Origin: Anthoceros angustus
Lineage: Eukaryota; Plantae; Anthocerotophyta
DNA length: 64,000 nt
Assembly: GCA_010909165.1 (NCBI GenBank)
Contig: MU008177.1
Coordinates: forward strand, 868,001 to 932,000
Direction: 5' to 3'
The notes under the pieces were generated by a model. It was not told the origin of the DNA, did no database searches, and saw only the letters and a program-made list of their open reading frames with translations. This document shows positions 1-17,265 of the stretch, piece after piece. The position numbers were made by a program, and so were the translations under genes. How positions within the stretch are numbered: the stretch's first letter is position 1; every line of letters begins with the position of its first letter.

Positions 1-600
1 GACTCATGGATCATCCTCGATCCATTTATTAAGACACAACATTTATCCAGACCTGAACCTCAACCTCAACCTCAATCGATCAGTAGATATCATATACGCA
101 AACCTTCATGTGGTGAGGAATATGATATTTGTGACCTTAGTTCAGTTGTGAATCCATCCATGCAAATTAGCTCATCAAATGTATGTGATGGAAGATACAA
201 GGTGAAGGTAAAAAATATGGGAACATTGTTATGTAGGATGATAACAAATACAACCAGTTGTCCTGAAGCAGTAATATCAAAGAAAGCTTGGAATAAACTC
301 CTTCGTCCATCTACACCGTACAAGTTCAAAGAACTTGCTATAACTCTTCCTTTGCTTTGAACTTGCTATAAATCTTCCTTTGAATTCACGATAATTATTT
401 TTGACATATGGTTGACATCCAGAGGTACATTTCAGTGTCCATCTAGAGTCATATTTCTAACAGCATCGACTTGCTGAAGATACATCCTGGACTAGTTTAG
501 TAGTATGTAGGCTATTCAATTTCCTCTAGATGACTTTAGATATGGGAGTTTAGTTACTTTACTCTGACCCTTGAGTCTCATTTCATGTCCTTAGTGGATG
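1..600. mobile_element. AT-rich degenerate, probably TE-derived remnant (partial, window edge)
   Basis: AT-rich, stop-riddled, with a local imperfect direct repeat (GAACTTGCTATAA(C)TCTTCCTTTG, about 331-381). No recognisable domain; only a vague resemblance to a retroelement protease region. Confidence 0.2.
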
Positions 601-1352
601 CACCCATCTCTCTCCTTCATAAAAATTTCACATTTGTGTAGTTTGCTGGCCTCTAGGAGTTTGTTTTAGTGCCTTGGCTGAGGAGCCGTTTTAGTATTTC
701 GATCCTAAAATATAGAGTTGATTCCGATGCAAAATGGAAAGGGTGCCGGTCTCTCAAAGCAACCGGAGTTTCATAGTTGCAGTTTTGTAATGGGCTGCGG
801 ACACATAGATTGCGTGCAGGGAGAAGGCAGCTCAGCTTTCCCAAGTGACTCCATGCCGCTTGCCAACTTCTTTTTCCGGTTTACTGCAGCAAATCAGCGC
901 TCAGCTCTGCAGATTTCTTGCAAACGATCTCCGTCCGGAGCCCATGGTCTGGCATGGGCTCGGGCTTTTCTCTTCTTTATAACGCAAACACAGCCACGTC
1001 TGGCCACCTGGGCTACGGCCTTGTTCCATTTGCCTTGAACAGGCGTGCACATGGGGTGATGGGTTTGATTGCTTGGACCGAGATTGCGCTGCCAGCCTAG
1101 GATGGAACACGCCAGCTTGGGATAGACATAGGCTTGATGCTTGTTTGGGATGGACAAAAATTTTGTATATATGTAAGCCCCTGAGCCGGCGGGATGAAGT
1201 TCACGTGCGGAAGGAGGAGGATGCTGAGTCTGCGTGAGGCGAAATCGAGCCGAATTGGCAATTGATGTTGGTAGCATGTGACTGGAGTTGTTTTACAGAA
1301 CATCTGGTGCAAAGCGCCCATCACGGGTAACGCTGCCAACGATTTTCGAGAC

Positions 1353-3351
1353 ATGGCTGCTGGCTACTGGCACGGGATTTCCGCCCTCCTGGTCGTGTTT
1401 TGTACCTGTGTAGTGGTTGCAGAGCAGATGGTAGTGGTCTCTGCTGATGAGCCGGTGGATTTGTGTTCTGCTATAGTGCTTGGCTATGGCTACCCTTGCC
1501 AGGAGTATACGGTAGGCATTCCGTTTTCGTGCAATGGCGAGGGTCGCTTCTCATTTCCGTGTCTACGTACCCATGTGAGACAGATCATGGTGTCCTGACT
1601 CTGCTGGCAGGCGTTTCGCAGGTTCCCACGGAGGATGGGTTCCTCCTTGGTGTTCAACGCATACCCTACGGTCGTGCTGGGTTGGATCTCAAAGTCGAGG
1701 CCAGGAAACCTGTGTTCTTGCAACATGGGTTGCTTCAGGTTGGACAAACTTTTTGATCTTCAGTATGTTCCTCCTACTTGTTTCCTGCAAATCACTGAGT
1801 TCCTTTGGATGGCTGAATGACAGGCTGGTGATACATGGCTTCTCAATGAACCGGATCAGTCTTTAGGTTTTATCCTGGCCGACGAGGGATTCGATGTCTG
1901 GATCGGCAGTGTTCGGGGTACTCGGTGGAGCCATGGTCACATGTCCTTGCTCTCAGGCGATCAGGCATGTCTACCAGCACACCAATTTTATTTTCTGCTT
2001 GTAGCTCTTCCATTTTTTCACTGAATCTGACAGTCATTAGCTCTTCAACCAATCCGCTTTCAGGAGTTTTGGGACTGGACGTGGGATGAGCTGGCTGAGT
2101 TCGATCTTCCTGCAATGCTGGGCTTCGTGTACAGGACCACAGGCTCTCCTGTTTATTATGTTGGGCACTCTCAGGTAAGGGGTGCTGCTCTTTGTCACCC
2201 GTTTTCTTCTTGTCAATTGTATACTGAGAACCTTCTGCGTGGATATTCTAGGGTACAATTATGGGGCTAGCTGCTCTGTCACAGACCAAGGTCGCAGAAT
2301 TTGTGGCAGCGGCAGCTTTACTAAGTCCTATCTCTTACTTGGACCACATAACCTCCAAGTTCTGCAGCAACGCTGCTCACCTGTACATTGATAAGGTCGG
2401 AGTGAATTCCTTTGCTAGCAAGGTTGCTGATTTGCCTGTAAGCTGTTCGTGCACCTTCATGAAGCGAGGCCTGCCGGCTGATCCCATCTCTGCCTGCAGC
2501 TAGTGAAGGCCATGGGATTTGCTGAATTCAACCTTCGTAGGTGAGTACTAGCAGTCGATGAGGCCATGTCTAATTCCTGTTGTCTCATTCAAGTAGCTTT
2601 TAACCTCTCTCTCTCAAACCCTGGCTCCTCGGCAGCAATCTTGGCGTTCAGTTTGCAAATATGGTCTGCATGAGCATGGAAGGGGAATGCGGGGACTTCC
2701 TAACAGCAATAACTGGTACTACTCAGTCTGGTGAAACCAATTTGAGATCTTGTAGAAACCGGCACTCTCTAACCTAGTTTAAGTGGTTCAACGGTGTAGG
2801 GCCAAATTGCTGCTTCAATAGCAGCAGGGTGCCGTACTATCTGCAGTACGAGCCACACTCTACATCCTTGAAAAACATGCAACACCTAGCTCAGAGTACG
2901 TTTCTTTTGTTTGGGCTGCCTCTAACAAGATTGAACTAGCTCTGCATCCCATTAGCTTGTCGGTATCATGCAATTGTGTTGCATCTTGTCCCACTGCTGT
3001 AACGCTCCTGCAAACTTTCCTGTGCCAGTGATCCGAAAGGGCACATTTGCCAAATACGACTACGGCTGGGTTGGCAACCTGAAGCACTACTACAGACTGA
3101 CTCCACCTGAATATGACTTGTCCCTCATCCCGAAATTCTTCCCCATGTGGATGGCTTATGGCGGGAACGATGCTCTGGCTGACCCCATTGACCTCCTCCG
3201 CACCATCAACGAGTTGCAGTCCAAACCGAGGCTGGTTTTTGTGGAAGACTATGGTCACATCGACTTCATTCTCAGCACCCGGGCTAAGGCGGACTTGTAT
3301 GATTCCATGGTCAGCTTCTTCAGATCTTTCGACAGACAGGCAGATGCTTGA
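1353..3351 (+). CDS. LIP1: Triacylglycerol lipase (gastric/lysosomal lipase-like alpha/beta hydrolase), multi-exon, with signal peptide
   Basis: Spliced exons give YPCQEYT-VPTEDGFLLGVQRIP, KPVFLQHGLLQ, GFDVWIGSVRGT, EFWDWTWDELAEFDLPAML, the nucleophile motif GHSQG, FAKYDYG, GGNDALAD and the catalytic His in YGHIDFI. Hydrophobic N-terminus. Confidence 0.93.
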
Positions 3352-3676
3352 GATGCCTGAATTAGTATCATTTTGGTCCTGTGTGTCTAAGTAGGCAGGT
3401 GCAGGATGTACGTAGGCCACGTTGTCCGAACTCCGGGTGTCCCTTATCGTGGGTTGTAACCTGTGGTGTCTGGGTGTACGCAATTGCGCCTGTGTTGGTT
3501 GTATATTATCCCGAGTTGTTCAAGGATCGTTCGCTGCACTCTTTCACGGAAGCAGTCAAATGTATCAGGCCCTCCAGAGCATGAGCGGAAAGATGCGGGA
3601 TTTGATGTACGCTCTCTCTGATGCCGAAAGGGTCCGTTGGGTTGTCTGATCGAGCGCAGAGTTTGAATTCCTGGAC

Positions 3677-5661
3677 ATGGCGGCGTCGTTGTGGAAGCGG
3701 TTGCTCCGGCCTTCGGTCCTGCACGGGGTGCCGGAGCCCAGCGGGCCTACATTTGAGGTGGATTGGTCTGTGATCTCTCCTGGGGGTCTTGGCATGCTAT
3801 TCAAGGAGCTCCTGGCGCACCTTCTGGGAGCGCCTCCGCCGGCGGACCTGCACAAGGGCTTCTACGCGCTGGATGGGCACCAGATGTGGGGAAGGAAGTT
3901 GAACATTGAGGATATCTACTTCCAAAGGCATTTCATTGAGGGAGTGGAGACCGGATTTCTGGTGCGTGGAGTGATCTTTGACATGCCTGCCTTGATTGAG
4001 GCATCACGTGAGGACCTCTTTTTGCTTTCCTGTAGTCGCCAGGTTGTTGCTGTTTTAGCACTTGGGTTAGCAGAAGCTGGAGATGTGCACAGTGCGCAAG
4101 CTGGTAGGAAGGGTTTCTGTTGAGGTAGCAGGCAGGCAGGTCTAATAGTACTTGGCAACGAAGAACAAGAATTTATGCATCTGGTTACTGACTATGGTTC
4201 TGCCGTTGCGACCTGCGTAGGTGAGGTAATTCCAATGCCGAAGAGGTGGGAGGACTGGACGACCATGTTAGATTTCAGTACTACAGACAAGATGAAGCCT
4301 GATGAGCAGACTGTCGACGCCACCGAGGTTATGGAAAAGCTGGGGCTGAAAGGAGTAGCTAGCCTGGAAGGTCGCCTGACTGCAGCTAAGAAAGCAGAAC
4401 AGAAGGATGCTCAGTCGAAGCTGGAGGAGAAGCAGGCCATGGAGGAAGTACTCGGAACTGGTGACAGCATTCGAGCAAAATACATGTTGAAAATCAAAGC
4501 CAAGAAACTAGCAGCAGATGCTCGGAGAGAGCAGGGCAACCTTGAAATCACGCCTGCTTCAGGTCCCAGAATGGCTGCAGGAGGCAGGACTTGGCAAGCA
4601 GCTTCAGGGGCTTTTGGTCTTGTTCGTTACCTTGAGGTTTGTGGTTCTCTTGTTTGGGTTGCTTCATTTGATCTTGCTATCATGTCTCTTAGCATTTGAT
4701 TTAGAGTCTCGGTTGTTATGCATTTCCCACAGCATCTTTGTCTTGTTTGCCCAGGTATTGCATCTGTTGGCAAATGATGGTTCTGTAATGCCTGGATGCT
4801 CTGTCTCCAATTTTTGGACAGGAACGAGGAGTTTCAAGAGCTCTGCTGGCACGGGGTGAGAAAGGTGATCTACCTTATCTACTAGATCAGCTGGGGAATC
4901 ACAAGTTTCAGCAAGTTACAGAGGTGCGTGTGAACCAAGAGGATCCTGGAGGTGGCGAACTGCTGAGGTACAGATTGTTCTTTGCTGACTGTTGAAGTGA
5001 AGAGCAATGATGTCCGAGGTCAGCACACAGAGGCCTCTTCTTATTGTCTCTTTGGTAAATGACAGCAATGGACTACTGAAGTCAATATGCGGCAATTTAG
5101 GCCTTCCAGCAAAACAAGTTATGGTGGTGTGTTCATCAATTCCTTTTCCTCCTGTCGTCTTGGTTTGCACCTTTAAGCCCCTTAACTGTACACAGGTTAG
5201 CACCTTGTTCTTGTCTATTGTGTCAGGTGATTGGTGAAGGCCCGCAGAGTGATGCCGTATTGGAAGTGGTGGCAGACTCAGGGTTTTTCGTGTGCAGGTT
5301 AAGTAGACCGCCACCTGAGCCTGATACGCAAGCATCAACCTCTGATTCTTCCGATGATCACTCTGGCCTCAGAAAGCAGCAAACATTTTTCCTGTCGGAA
5401 GGAAATCTTGACCTTGGTTGGACGAAAGGTGGGAAAGCAGGTCTAGTCTCTTGGTTTAACAGACTTGCGGAAGGGACATTACATGTAGACGAGACTGCAA
5501 GGGCAACGGGAGGAGGCAATGTCCATTTTAGCGTAGGTGATATGACTGAGCTGAAATGGGTCATTGAAGACTTGAACGGGACATCCTACAGGAGGAACAC
5601 CTTTTTTACAGGATCTGAACCAGCTGCGAAATGCACTTCGACGTCTGGAGAAATTCATTAA
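3677..5661 (+). CDS. Uncharacterised multi-exon protein (about 500 aa), possible mitochondrial presequence
   Basis: Long GC-rich ORF segments (3677-4042, 4136-4636, about 4755-4855, 4921-4966, about 5067-5137, 5228-5661) can be joined in frame through GT-AG introns of typical size. N-terminus MAASLWKRLLRPSVLH. Family not recognised. Confidence 0.55.
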
Positions 5662-5829
5662 GCGATGCACTTTCAGCGTAAATTGCTAAGGGGATTCACT
5701 CTTCTCTTTAGCAATGCTGGAGCAATTCTGCTGGACAACATGTACACTCTCAGGCCTGTCTTTGTGTCCACATCACCGAATCCGGATGTTAGGAATGTTA
5801 TATCCAACGACCCTGAAAAGCTAACATTG

Positions 5830-6795
5830 TTAACCCGGTTTCGGTCGGTCAAGGGCGTAGGGTTGAAAGAACGAGGTAAAGAGTGCCGCTACTTGTCGAA
5901 GCACGCACTACCGCCCGATGCTCCACGCTGTTGTGCTTACCGTTGGACCACACCTGGAAGGAGTCTCCCACACAACATAAATTTTGAAGGCATCAGAACG
6001 AGGCTTCACATCCATGCACTCCCCATCCTTCATCTTCACCTGCAAGCCTCCGGCTTCGACCTACACCAGGACTGCTCAAAGCAATGGCCGGATCAGGAGC
6101 TGGGCACTTGAGTAAAGGTATAGCCGTGTGTAGGCAGTATAATTCCCATAGAATCCATGGTACTTCCGGGATGCCAGGCCAAGGCTAAGAGCAATCAGCA
6201 CCAGAAGCCTGAATGCCAGAACCTCCACCGCCAGCGCCCAGTTCCCGCACGCCGCTCTGAAACCCTCTGGTTGCTCTGTCCAGCAGTTCGAGAATATAGT
6301 CGTGGCCGCGGCATTCCCCCTCACCCTCCAAAGGAATCTCAGGCAGCTCCATACTTTCCCGTGCTGCATAATCAAACCACCTCCTTCCAATCCATCACGT
6401 TTTTTGTGCGCTCTTCATCGTAGAAACCCAGGTGGTTGTCCAAGCTCCTCCTCACCTTTCGCTTGACCTCAGAATCTGGCTGAAGAAAGCCTGTGACAAG
6501 CGCTTGAGGCCAGCCAAAAGCTCCTCCGGCACGCCATGGTTGGTCACCTGGATGACGCCCCGCTCTTCGCAGGCCCTTCCCACCACAGCCAATACCTGTT
6601 GCGGCAATCGGCCCGAAGTCCCTGCCATCTTCCGAGCTCTCAGTAGAGAAGAGTGCCATTTCTATCACCGGAACATCATTATGAACGGTCACCTTAGGAC
6701 CGGCAACCGCAGTTGCCTTGGGTCGGGTCCAGCACAAAGGCTGAATTGCTGATGAGGTTTTCGAGAGACGCTTCCAATGACTTTTCCTTCCCCAT
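5830..6795 (-). pseudogene. Intronless 2-oxoglutarate/Fe(II) dioxygenase pseudogene (DOXC clade with the TKNVxDWKE motif)
   Basis: Motifs appear across shifting frames: VPVIEM, ACEERGVIQVTNHGVPEE, LGFYDEERTKNVMDWKEV, FRAACGNWA..LIALSLGL, CPAPDPAIAL, EAGGLQVK, GDSFQVWSNGKHNSVEHRAVV. Several frameshifts and stops; the HxD segment is missing. The 3' boundary is approximate. Confidence 0.85.
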
Positions 6796-6956
6796 GGATC
6801 CCCCTGCAATGTCTCCAACTGCTGGAGCAGAAAAGTTCGGGGCTATTTATCGGGACGCCTATCCATCTACATCCAGTGAACGAATTATTTCCACCGTGAA
6901 CTGCAGGTCATGACCAACTTCCCCCGTGATGCGCCACTAACAATTAAGTTCAAGGA

Positions 6957-8285
6957 TCAAATCCAGTCTCTCTCTTGCAACTTCATGGGCAAATAAACCT
7001 CCGACAAATATTGGAAACCGAAGGAACTCAACGCCTGGATCTCAGCCTTCTCCTTTGTCTTCACCATGAGTTCCAGCTCCCTCACCCAGTTGGGATCCTT
7101 CTTGATGAAATCCTCCTCGAGCAAATCCCTGCCCGTCTTCAAATCCTGATCAGTCATCGGCAACCTGCACTGCTCCGGAATCTTATACTTGTCCAAGTCC
7201 GAGGGACGGACTCCTAACCACTTGATATCCGGGGTAGTGAGGTTCGAGCTATCGTAAGACATGTTCTTGGAACCACTCATGTAGACCGAAAGGATCTTGA
7301 GACCGTAGGGGTCGCTATCCACCAACCCTAGGACAGGCAACTTCAATTCCGTCTTCAGCTTCTTCAAGAACAGCCTGGTAGCGACATCAGGCTGTCCCTT
7401 AGCAGTGATGATGACACAGGGAAAGCGGTTGTAAAATCTATCTTCCGCAAGCCTCATGAAAGCAGCATCCTTCTCCACCAGCAATATGAATAAAGCGTCG
7501 CTACGCATGTCCCCGACCTTGTCTATGTTCGGTGGGATAGCTTTCCCGCCAACTCCCATCTTGGTGCAATCAATGGTATCCCCATCCTCCACAAATATGA
7601 GCTTCCCTACAACCACCCCCTTCTCCGAGGCCACCACATTCAAACTCGATCTCGTGCATCCCAGCATGCAAGAAACGTCATCTAGCACACTGTCCGACTG
7701 CCCCTGCTCCTGGAACAGCTTCACATCCGTGTAGAACAGGTCACGCTTGGTGACATGGATCCGCTTCGTGCACAGCTGGTGCACAAGCTGCAGAATACGG
7801 GTCGTAATGGTAGTCCTCCTCACAGTCGAGATGTTGGCAAACTGGCGGAAGGATGACTTGTCCTTGAGCACTATCCGGTCCAGCTCAGGCACGTAAAGCT
7901 GATTCGCCCCGCTTCTGGCTGGCACGCTGAACCCGAAGCCCTTCCCGTGGATGATGGACTTGGCTACAGCAAGGAACTGCTTCTCGATTTCATGCACCAC
8001 ATTCTCATGGCTCAGATCGACCACCTCTCTGCAGGTGTGAGGCAGATTAAGATCTGCTAGAGAACGGGTGTCTGCCTTGGCACTCTTCACCGTCTGAGCC
8101 AAGGACTTGAGAGAATTGAGGATGTAATTATCCCCTTTCAGTTTGTTCCGGAACCCAAGAGCGTCCTGGCCCTGTGCCTTGGGTGCCACCTTTTCCCTCG
8201 CTGCCTTCTTCCGAGTCTGCGACGGCTGTTCCTCCAGCTCGTAGTCGCTGTCGGCGTCCGCTGCCCGCTTCCGCTTGGAAGCCAT
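6957..8285 (-). CDS. TOP6A: DNA topoisomerase VI subunit A (SPO11-3/RHL2/BIN5), single exon
   Basis: Uninterrupted ORF containing TKRDLFYTD (catalytic Tyr), [28 protein letters not shown] and C-terminal [15 protein letters not shown]. Confidence 0.97.
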   Translation of the reverse strand: MASKRKRAADADSDYELEEQPSQTRKKAAREKVAPKAQGQDALGFRNKLKGDNYILNSLKSLAQTVKSAKADTRSLADLNLPHTCREVVDLSHENVVHEIEKQFLAVAKSIIHGKGFGFSVPARSGANQLYVPELDRIVLKDKSSFRQFANISTVRRTTITTRILQLVHQLCTKRIHVTKRDLFYTDVKLFQEQGQSDSVLDDVSCMLGCTRSSLNVVASEKGVVVGKLIFVEDGDTIDCTKMGVGGKAIPPNIDKVGDMRSDALFILLVEKDAAFMRLAEDRFYNRFPCVIITAKGQPDVATRLFLKKLKTELKLPVLGLVDSDPYGLKILSVYMSGSKNMSYDSSNLTTPDIKWLGVRPSDLDKYKIPEQCRLPMTDQDLKTGRDLLEEDFIKKDPNWVRELELMVKTKEKAEIQALSSFGFQYLSEVYLPMKLQERDWI

Positions 8286-8615
8286 AGTTGTAAGACGAGA
8301 GCAGAAACAATGGTGCTTCAAAAATGACCTAGAACAGTCGGTACATGTGCACAGATTCTAGGGTTAGGCTTATAAATACAGTCTACGCCGAGGCAACTCT
8401 CTTTTGATAGCGCCTAGAGCTTTTGCTCCCCCTCTGTGCTATTACATGTGCACAGATTCTAGGGTTAGGCTTATAAATACAGTCTACGCCGAGGCAACTC
8501 TCTTTTGATAGCGCCTAGAGCTTTTGCTCCCCCTCTGTGCTATTTAAGGGCCCTCGCGACGACCGGAGTTCCCTGGCTTGACGACCGCCGGCTTGTTTGC
8601 CACAGAGAGAGCAAG
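8286..8615. promoter_or_regulatory. Bidirectional promoter TOP6A/RPS15a with duplicated telo-box (TAGGGTT, 8359 and 8460) and TATA box (TATAAATA, 8371 and 8472)
   Basis: Divergent ATGs are 330 bp apart. Telo-boxes are typical of plant ribosomal-protein promoters. Confidence 0.7.
8343..8544. repeat. Perfect tandem duplication, 2 x 101 bp
   Basis: 8343-8443 is identical to 8444-8544 (ACATGTGCACAGATTCTAGGGTTAGGCTTATAAATACAG...CTCTGTGCTATT). Confidence 0.97.
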
Positions 8616-9298
<683 letters not shown>

Positions 9299-10249
9299 CA
9301 TGGCCCGGCATCCAGGACCATCGGAGGGTTCTGTTTTCGTCTGAGCCGCTTAGGGCGAAGCGATTTAGAAAGCAGCTACTGTCCAAGCTGCGCCTTAGGT
9401 CATTAGTGTTATCAATCATGAAGTGAATACCGGTTTTACCAGCGCAGCTGATCACCATTTTTTCACCAGCTCCGTTATTGATACCCTGCTATTCCCTTGT
9501 TGCTCTGTGTGAACATGCTTGTCCGAGAGACGGATGGTCTCTCATAGAGTGGAATTGGGAGCGCATGAGAAATGGGGACATGCGCTTGCTATGGAGCTCC
9601 GCCTGCTTCATGCAGAAAGCGCACGTCAATTTGCAAATTCTCCCACTCTTATCGTCTCCCTTCTCCATATCAATATCTTTTGAGTGACTTTCTTGATTCT
9701 GGCCAGGGATTTCATCTCATCGAGCTGTGCCAGAGCAAATTCTGATAAAATCTAGTTCAGGTACTGTGACTGGCCAAGATTCAGACTTGACTGGCCTCCT
9801 ACAGGCCCTCAGCAGTCCTGCAGGCCCTTAACCCCAAAACGACGTACCGACTGAAATCGAGTCGGCACGTCTGGGAAACAGATGTTTTTGCCTAATTTTG
9901 GTATTCAAAAATGCCGAAAAATTGCAGTCACCATCACCTCCTGCAGCTGCTTTGCCCCATGCTTGGCACGTCACAAACAAACTAGTACAGACGAAGTAGG
10001 AGCTGAATGATGCTTCCCGCTTAACAACAGTGAGGAGACCCCTTCTCTTATACATCGCCCAGCCAACCTTGGCTATCCATCCAAACTGGCGGAGGCATGC
10101 CTCCGCCACACACTTCCCTATCCTGATTATGCACTTCGTTTATCACGCCCCCTTGCCTTAAGTAAGTAAGAATGTACTGCACATGGCTGCCTGTAGACAC
10201 GAGGAAGCATTTCTTGGTCCTACTACCTCACATTACTGCCTTCTTATGC

Positions 10250-11350
10250 TGACAAAATGTTGGTGATGTTAGAGAGTTGTTTTGGCTAAAACTAAATGCC
10301 AGATGCCGTGTTTACTCTTCAATTCTGGAACCCTACTCAGATCAGGCTAAAACTATTGTTTCATGATGTAAGAAAGTTGTTTTGGCTAAAACTAAACGCC
10401 AGCTGCAGTGTTTACGATTCACTTTTGGGATTTGTTGAGACTAGGTTAGCACGCAAAATAAGATACCTACTCAAGAATAACGAGGATGAGGATGGATATG
10501 GATAAGACTTGGCTATAACATTGGATGATGAAGAGAATATAGATATGATCCTTAAGAGAATATGCATATGATTCTTAAGTAGGGATGATTAAGATTCCAT
10601 GCAGAACTCTCAAATGTATTTGCTTGCTTCATAGGTGCCTTCCCAAATCTTATCAATAATAATTGTACACACTACACAGAACTTTTTGGACACATCCGCC
10701 GTTTGTATTAGCTCTTGCGTCTTTGGTGTCTTACTCGTATTTGTGTTGAATCTTGATGTCTTAAACATTCATACACTTTGTATGGTGTTATATCTTGAGT
10801 GCTTGAGGTGTTCTATATCGAGTATCCATTATATTTCAAGTGTTTGTATTGTTGTATGTATCTTTCACTATTAGAGGTGTAACAAATGGAGTGCCTCTGT
10901 CTCACATATTTATCCTTGTTAAAGACGCTTCTCTGCATTTTCTTGAAGTCTCCATTGCTAAGTAGGTTTTCAAGATTTGTATTAATGCCTTTTCAATATT
11001 TGTATTATACATACGCTTTAAATATATATTATATTCATATTCCTAATATCCATTCAATTATTATAATTCCCATTCATATTTTTAATATTTTAGGGAATAT
11101 TTTTTTCCTAATGTACATAATTAATTATTTGGAATAATTACTTATCGCTTGGAGATGAGTAATCTAAGCTGAATACTACCACTCCTGCGTATACCATTCC
11201 TCCTGTTCTATCATCCGAGAAAAATAATCATGGTAATAATATTAGTGAAGTTTTATGACATTATAGGTAAGAATAATAAGCTGCATTTACTTACTTTTTA
11301 AGGAGGTATTGCATTTTTCTTTGAGATATTCCTTATGGAATTTGAACAAT
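10250..11350. mobile_element. AT-rich island, probable decayed TE
   Basis: Sharp drop in GC between genes, with an internal direct repeat of about 35 bp (TTGTTTTGGCTAAAACTAAA..., about 10277 and 10377). No termini or domain identified. Confidence 0.25.
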
Positions 11351-11734
11351 AATCAGCTAGCCACGGGACAAACATCCAACAGGCAGACAGAAATTTTTAG
11401 ATCCTTTCCGCTTTCCTGCAATGTTTTTTTGCCAAATTAGCCAAACCGTTGCAGAGCTTAATAGTTTACCACGTTCGACGCATGCACATCATGTCAAGAA
11501 CAAATGGGCCACTATGTGAGCAAGCACGCATAGCCCAAACAGGTGCAGTCCCTCCGAATTGGGCCAAAAAGTGTAGACTACCACTCCAGCCACACAAGAA
11601 CAAGAGGTGAGAGTTAAGATGCGAAGTACTAGTGGGCAATATCCTTCAGATTTTCCAAAGAATATGCCATTTAAGACTAGCCACCTCTTTCCTTCTCTAT
11701 TACTGGCATTGCTTTATGTGCAAGTTTCTAAGAT

Positions 11735-15803
<4,069 letters not shown>

Positions 15804-16149
15804 TGCCGCTACACCTGCCTGCACACAGAGATTTCTGAGCACTTCTTGCGACAGTGCATGATGCAAATGGCAATCTCAGAACACGAGGAAGCCAGCAAAA
15901 CCTTCTCAAGCTCACGACCGGACTGGACTGTCAGCCAATGCCGGCAGGAAAACACAGACAAGCGATCTTAAATTGCAGCACTCCGATATACTTTCAAGTC
16001 CATGATATACACGTGGCCTGGGCAGGCCAATTGTCACAAGAAGGATGAGGGAAGCGCAGGCTGAAGGAAGCTGCCGTTGAGCTTTCCTATTTACACTCAA
16101 AATTTTGCGACCCGGCCACTGCCAAGTGGAACCGGGCAATTCCAGCCAG

Positions 16150-17100
16150 ACAGTAAAACTGCAGGATTTTTGGTTTCAAAATTGCATGTTTACCTATTGC
16201 TTTCTATATATTGATAACTTAGCTGCCCATCCCTAACTACATTATTCATGCAAGTTGATTTACATAAAAGGCTTCAAGAATATGAGCATCTTATAATATT
16301 TTGATGAACACTTACTTCATGAGATTGAAACTTCTTCTTTGTGACATTTGGTTGCTTAACTTTCAAGTCTTTCATTTTATAAACCCTGAATAGAAAACAA
16401 AAATTTGAAGATAATATTTTGAATCAAAACTTTCATGTTGGACATCATGTTCAGAAAGATAGGTTATTGTTGGTCATGTCTCATGTCCATGTTATTCAGT
16501 ATTTTATGGAAAAGGTAATAGATTCTTTAAATACAAAATAAACTATCCAAGTCAAAAATATAAATGATCACCATGTAGGTGCAGTTGTTTCATCTCAGAA
16601 CATTATCTATCCTTCTATCCTCTATAAAACAATTAATCTATAATTGGAACTGAAACAATCAACGTTGATGGGGAGAAATGCAAGTGACATGGTCCCCTTC
16701 CAAAAGGATCAAAGATTATATGGTAGAAATTGAAGTGAGAATGTAATTAATTAGATTTAATCTTAGATTCTTATTAATAGATATATTCTATTGATTGTAG
16801 CTAAATTTTATTGCAGATATCATTATTGATCAATATGCAGGAACAATTACCTTAGCAAACAAAACTTTGAAAATTTGATAGTTTGATAAGGTTGATGGAG
16901 AAAATTGAAAGAACTCAAGGGAAGTGGACAAGAAATGGATGACGTGAAATCAAGAGAAGAATATGAAACCCAGCCTAACATTATGACATGAGTTATCATC
17001 CAAGTTCATCAACGATATTTATGTTTTTCATAATTGTTCATTTATATAGGAATTAAGACTCAACATTAAGACTCTTGTCTATTTGTCTTCAGAAGACTTT
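16150..17100. mobile_element. AT-rich island, probable decayed TE
   Basis: About 950 bp of very AT-rich, ORF-less sequence between GC-rich genes. No TIR or LTR found. Confidence 0.25.
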
Positions 17101-17265
17101 AGCTAGTTGTGCTCAGCTGTTTAGGGCTCCTTAGCTTTTGTTCCATGAGGTGCGTCAAGACTGATATCATTGTCCGATCACTGTTTCAAGATTCCAGTAT
17201 TTTCGGATCGCAAATTGAGAAAGGAAAATATTTGTACTTCATTTGTTTTGTTTCTTTCGTTTTGT

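Noticed and set aside
894-1277. 127-aa minus ORF upstream of the lipase
   Set aside because: No recognisable motif or consistent splice structure; probably promoter or UTR sequence.
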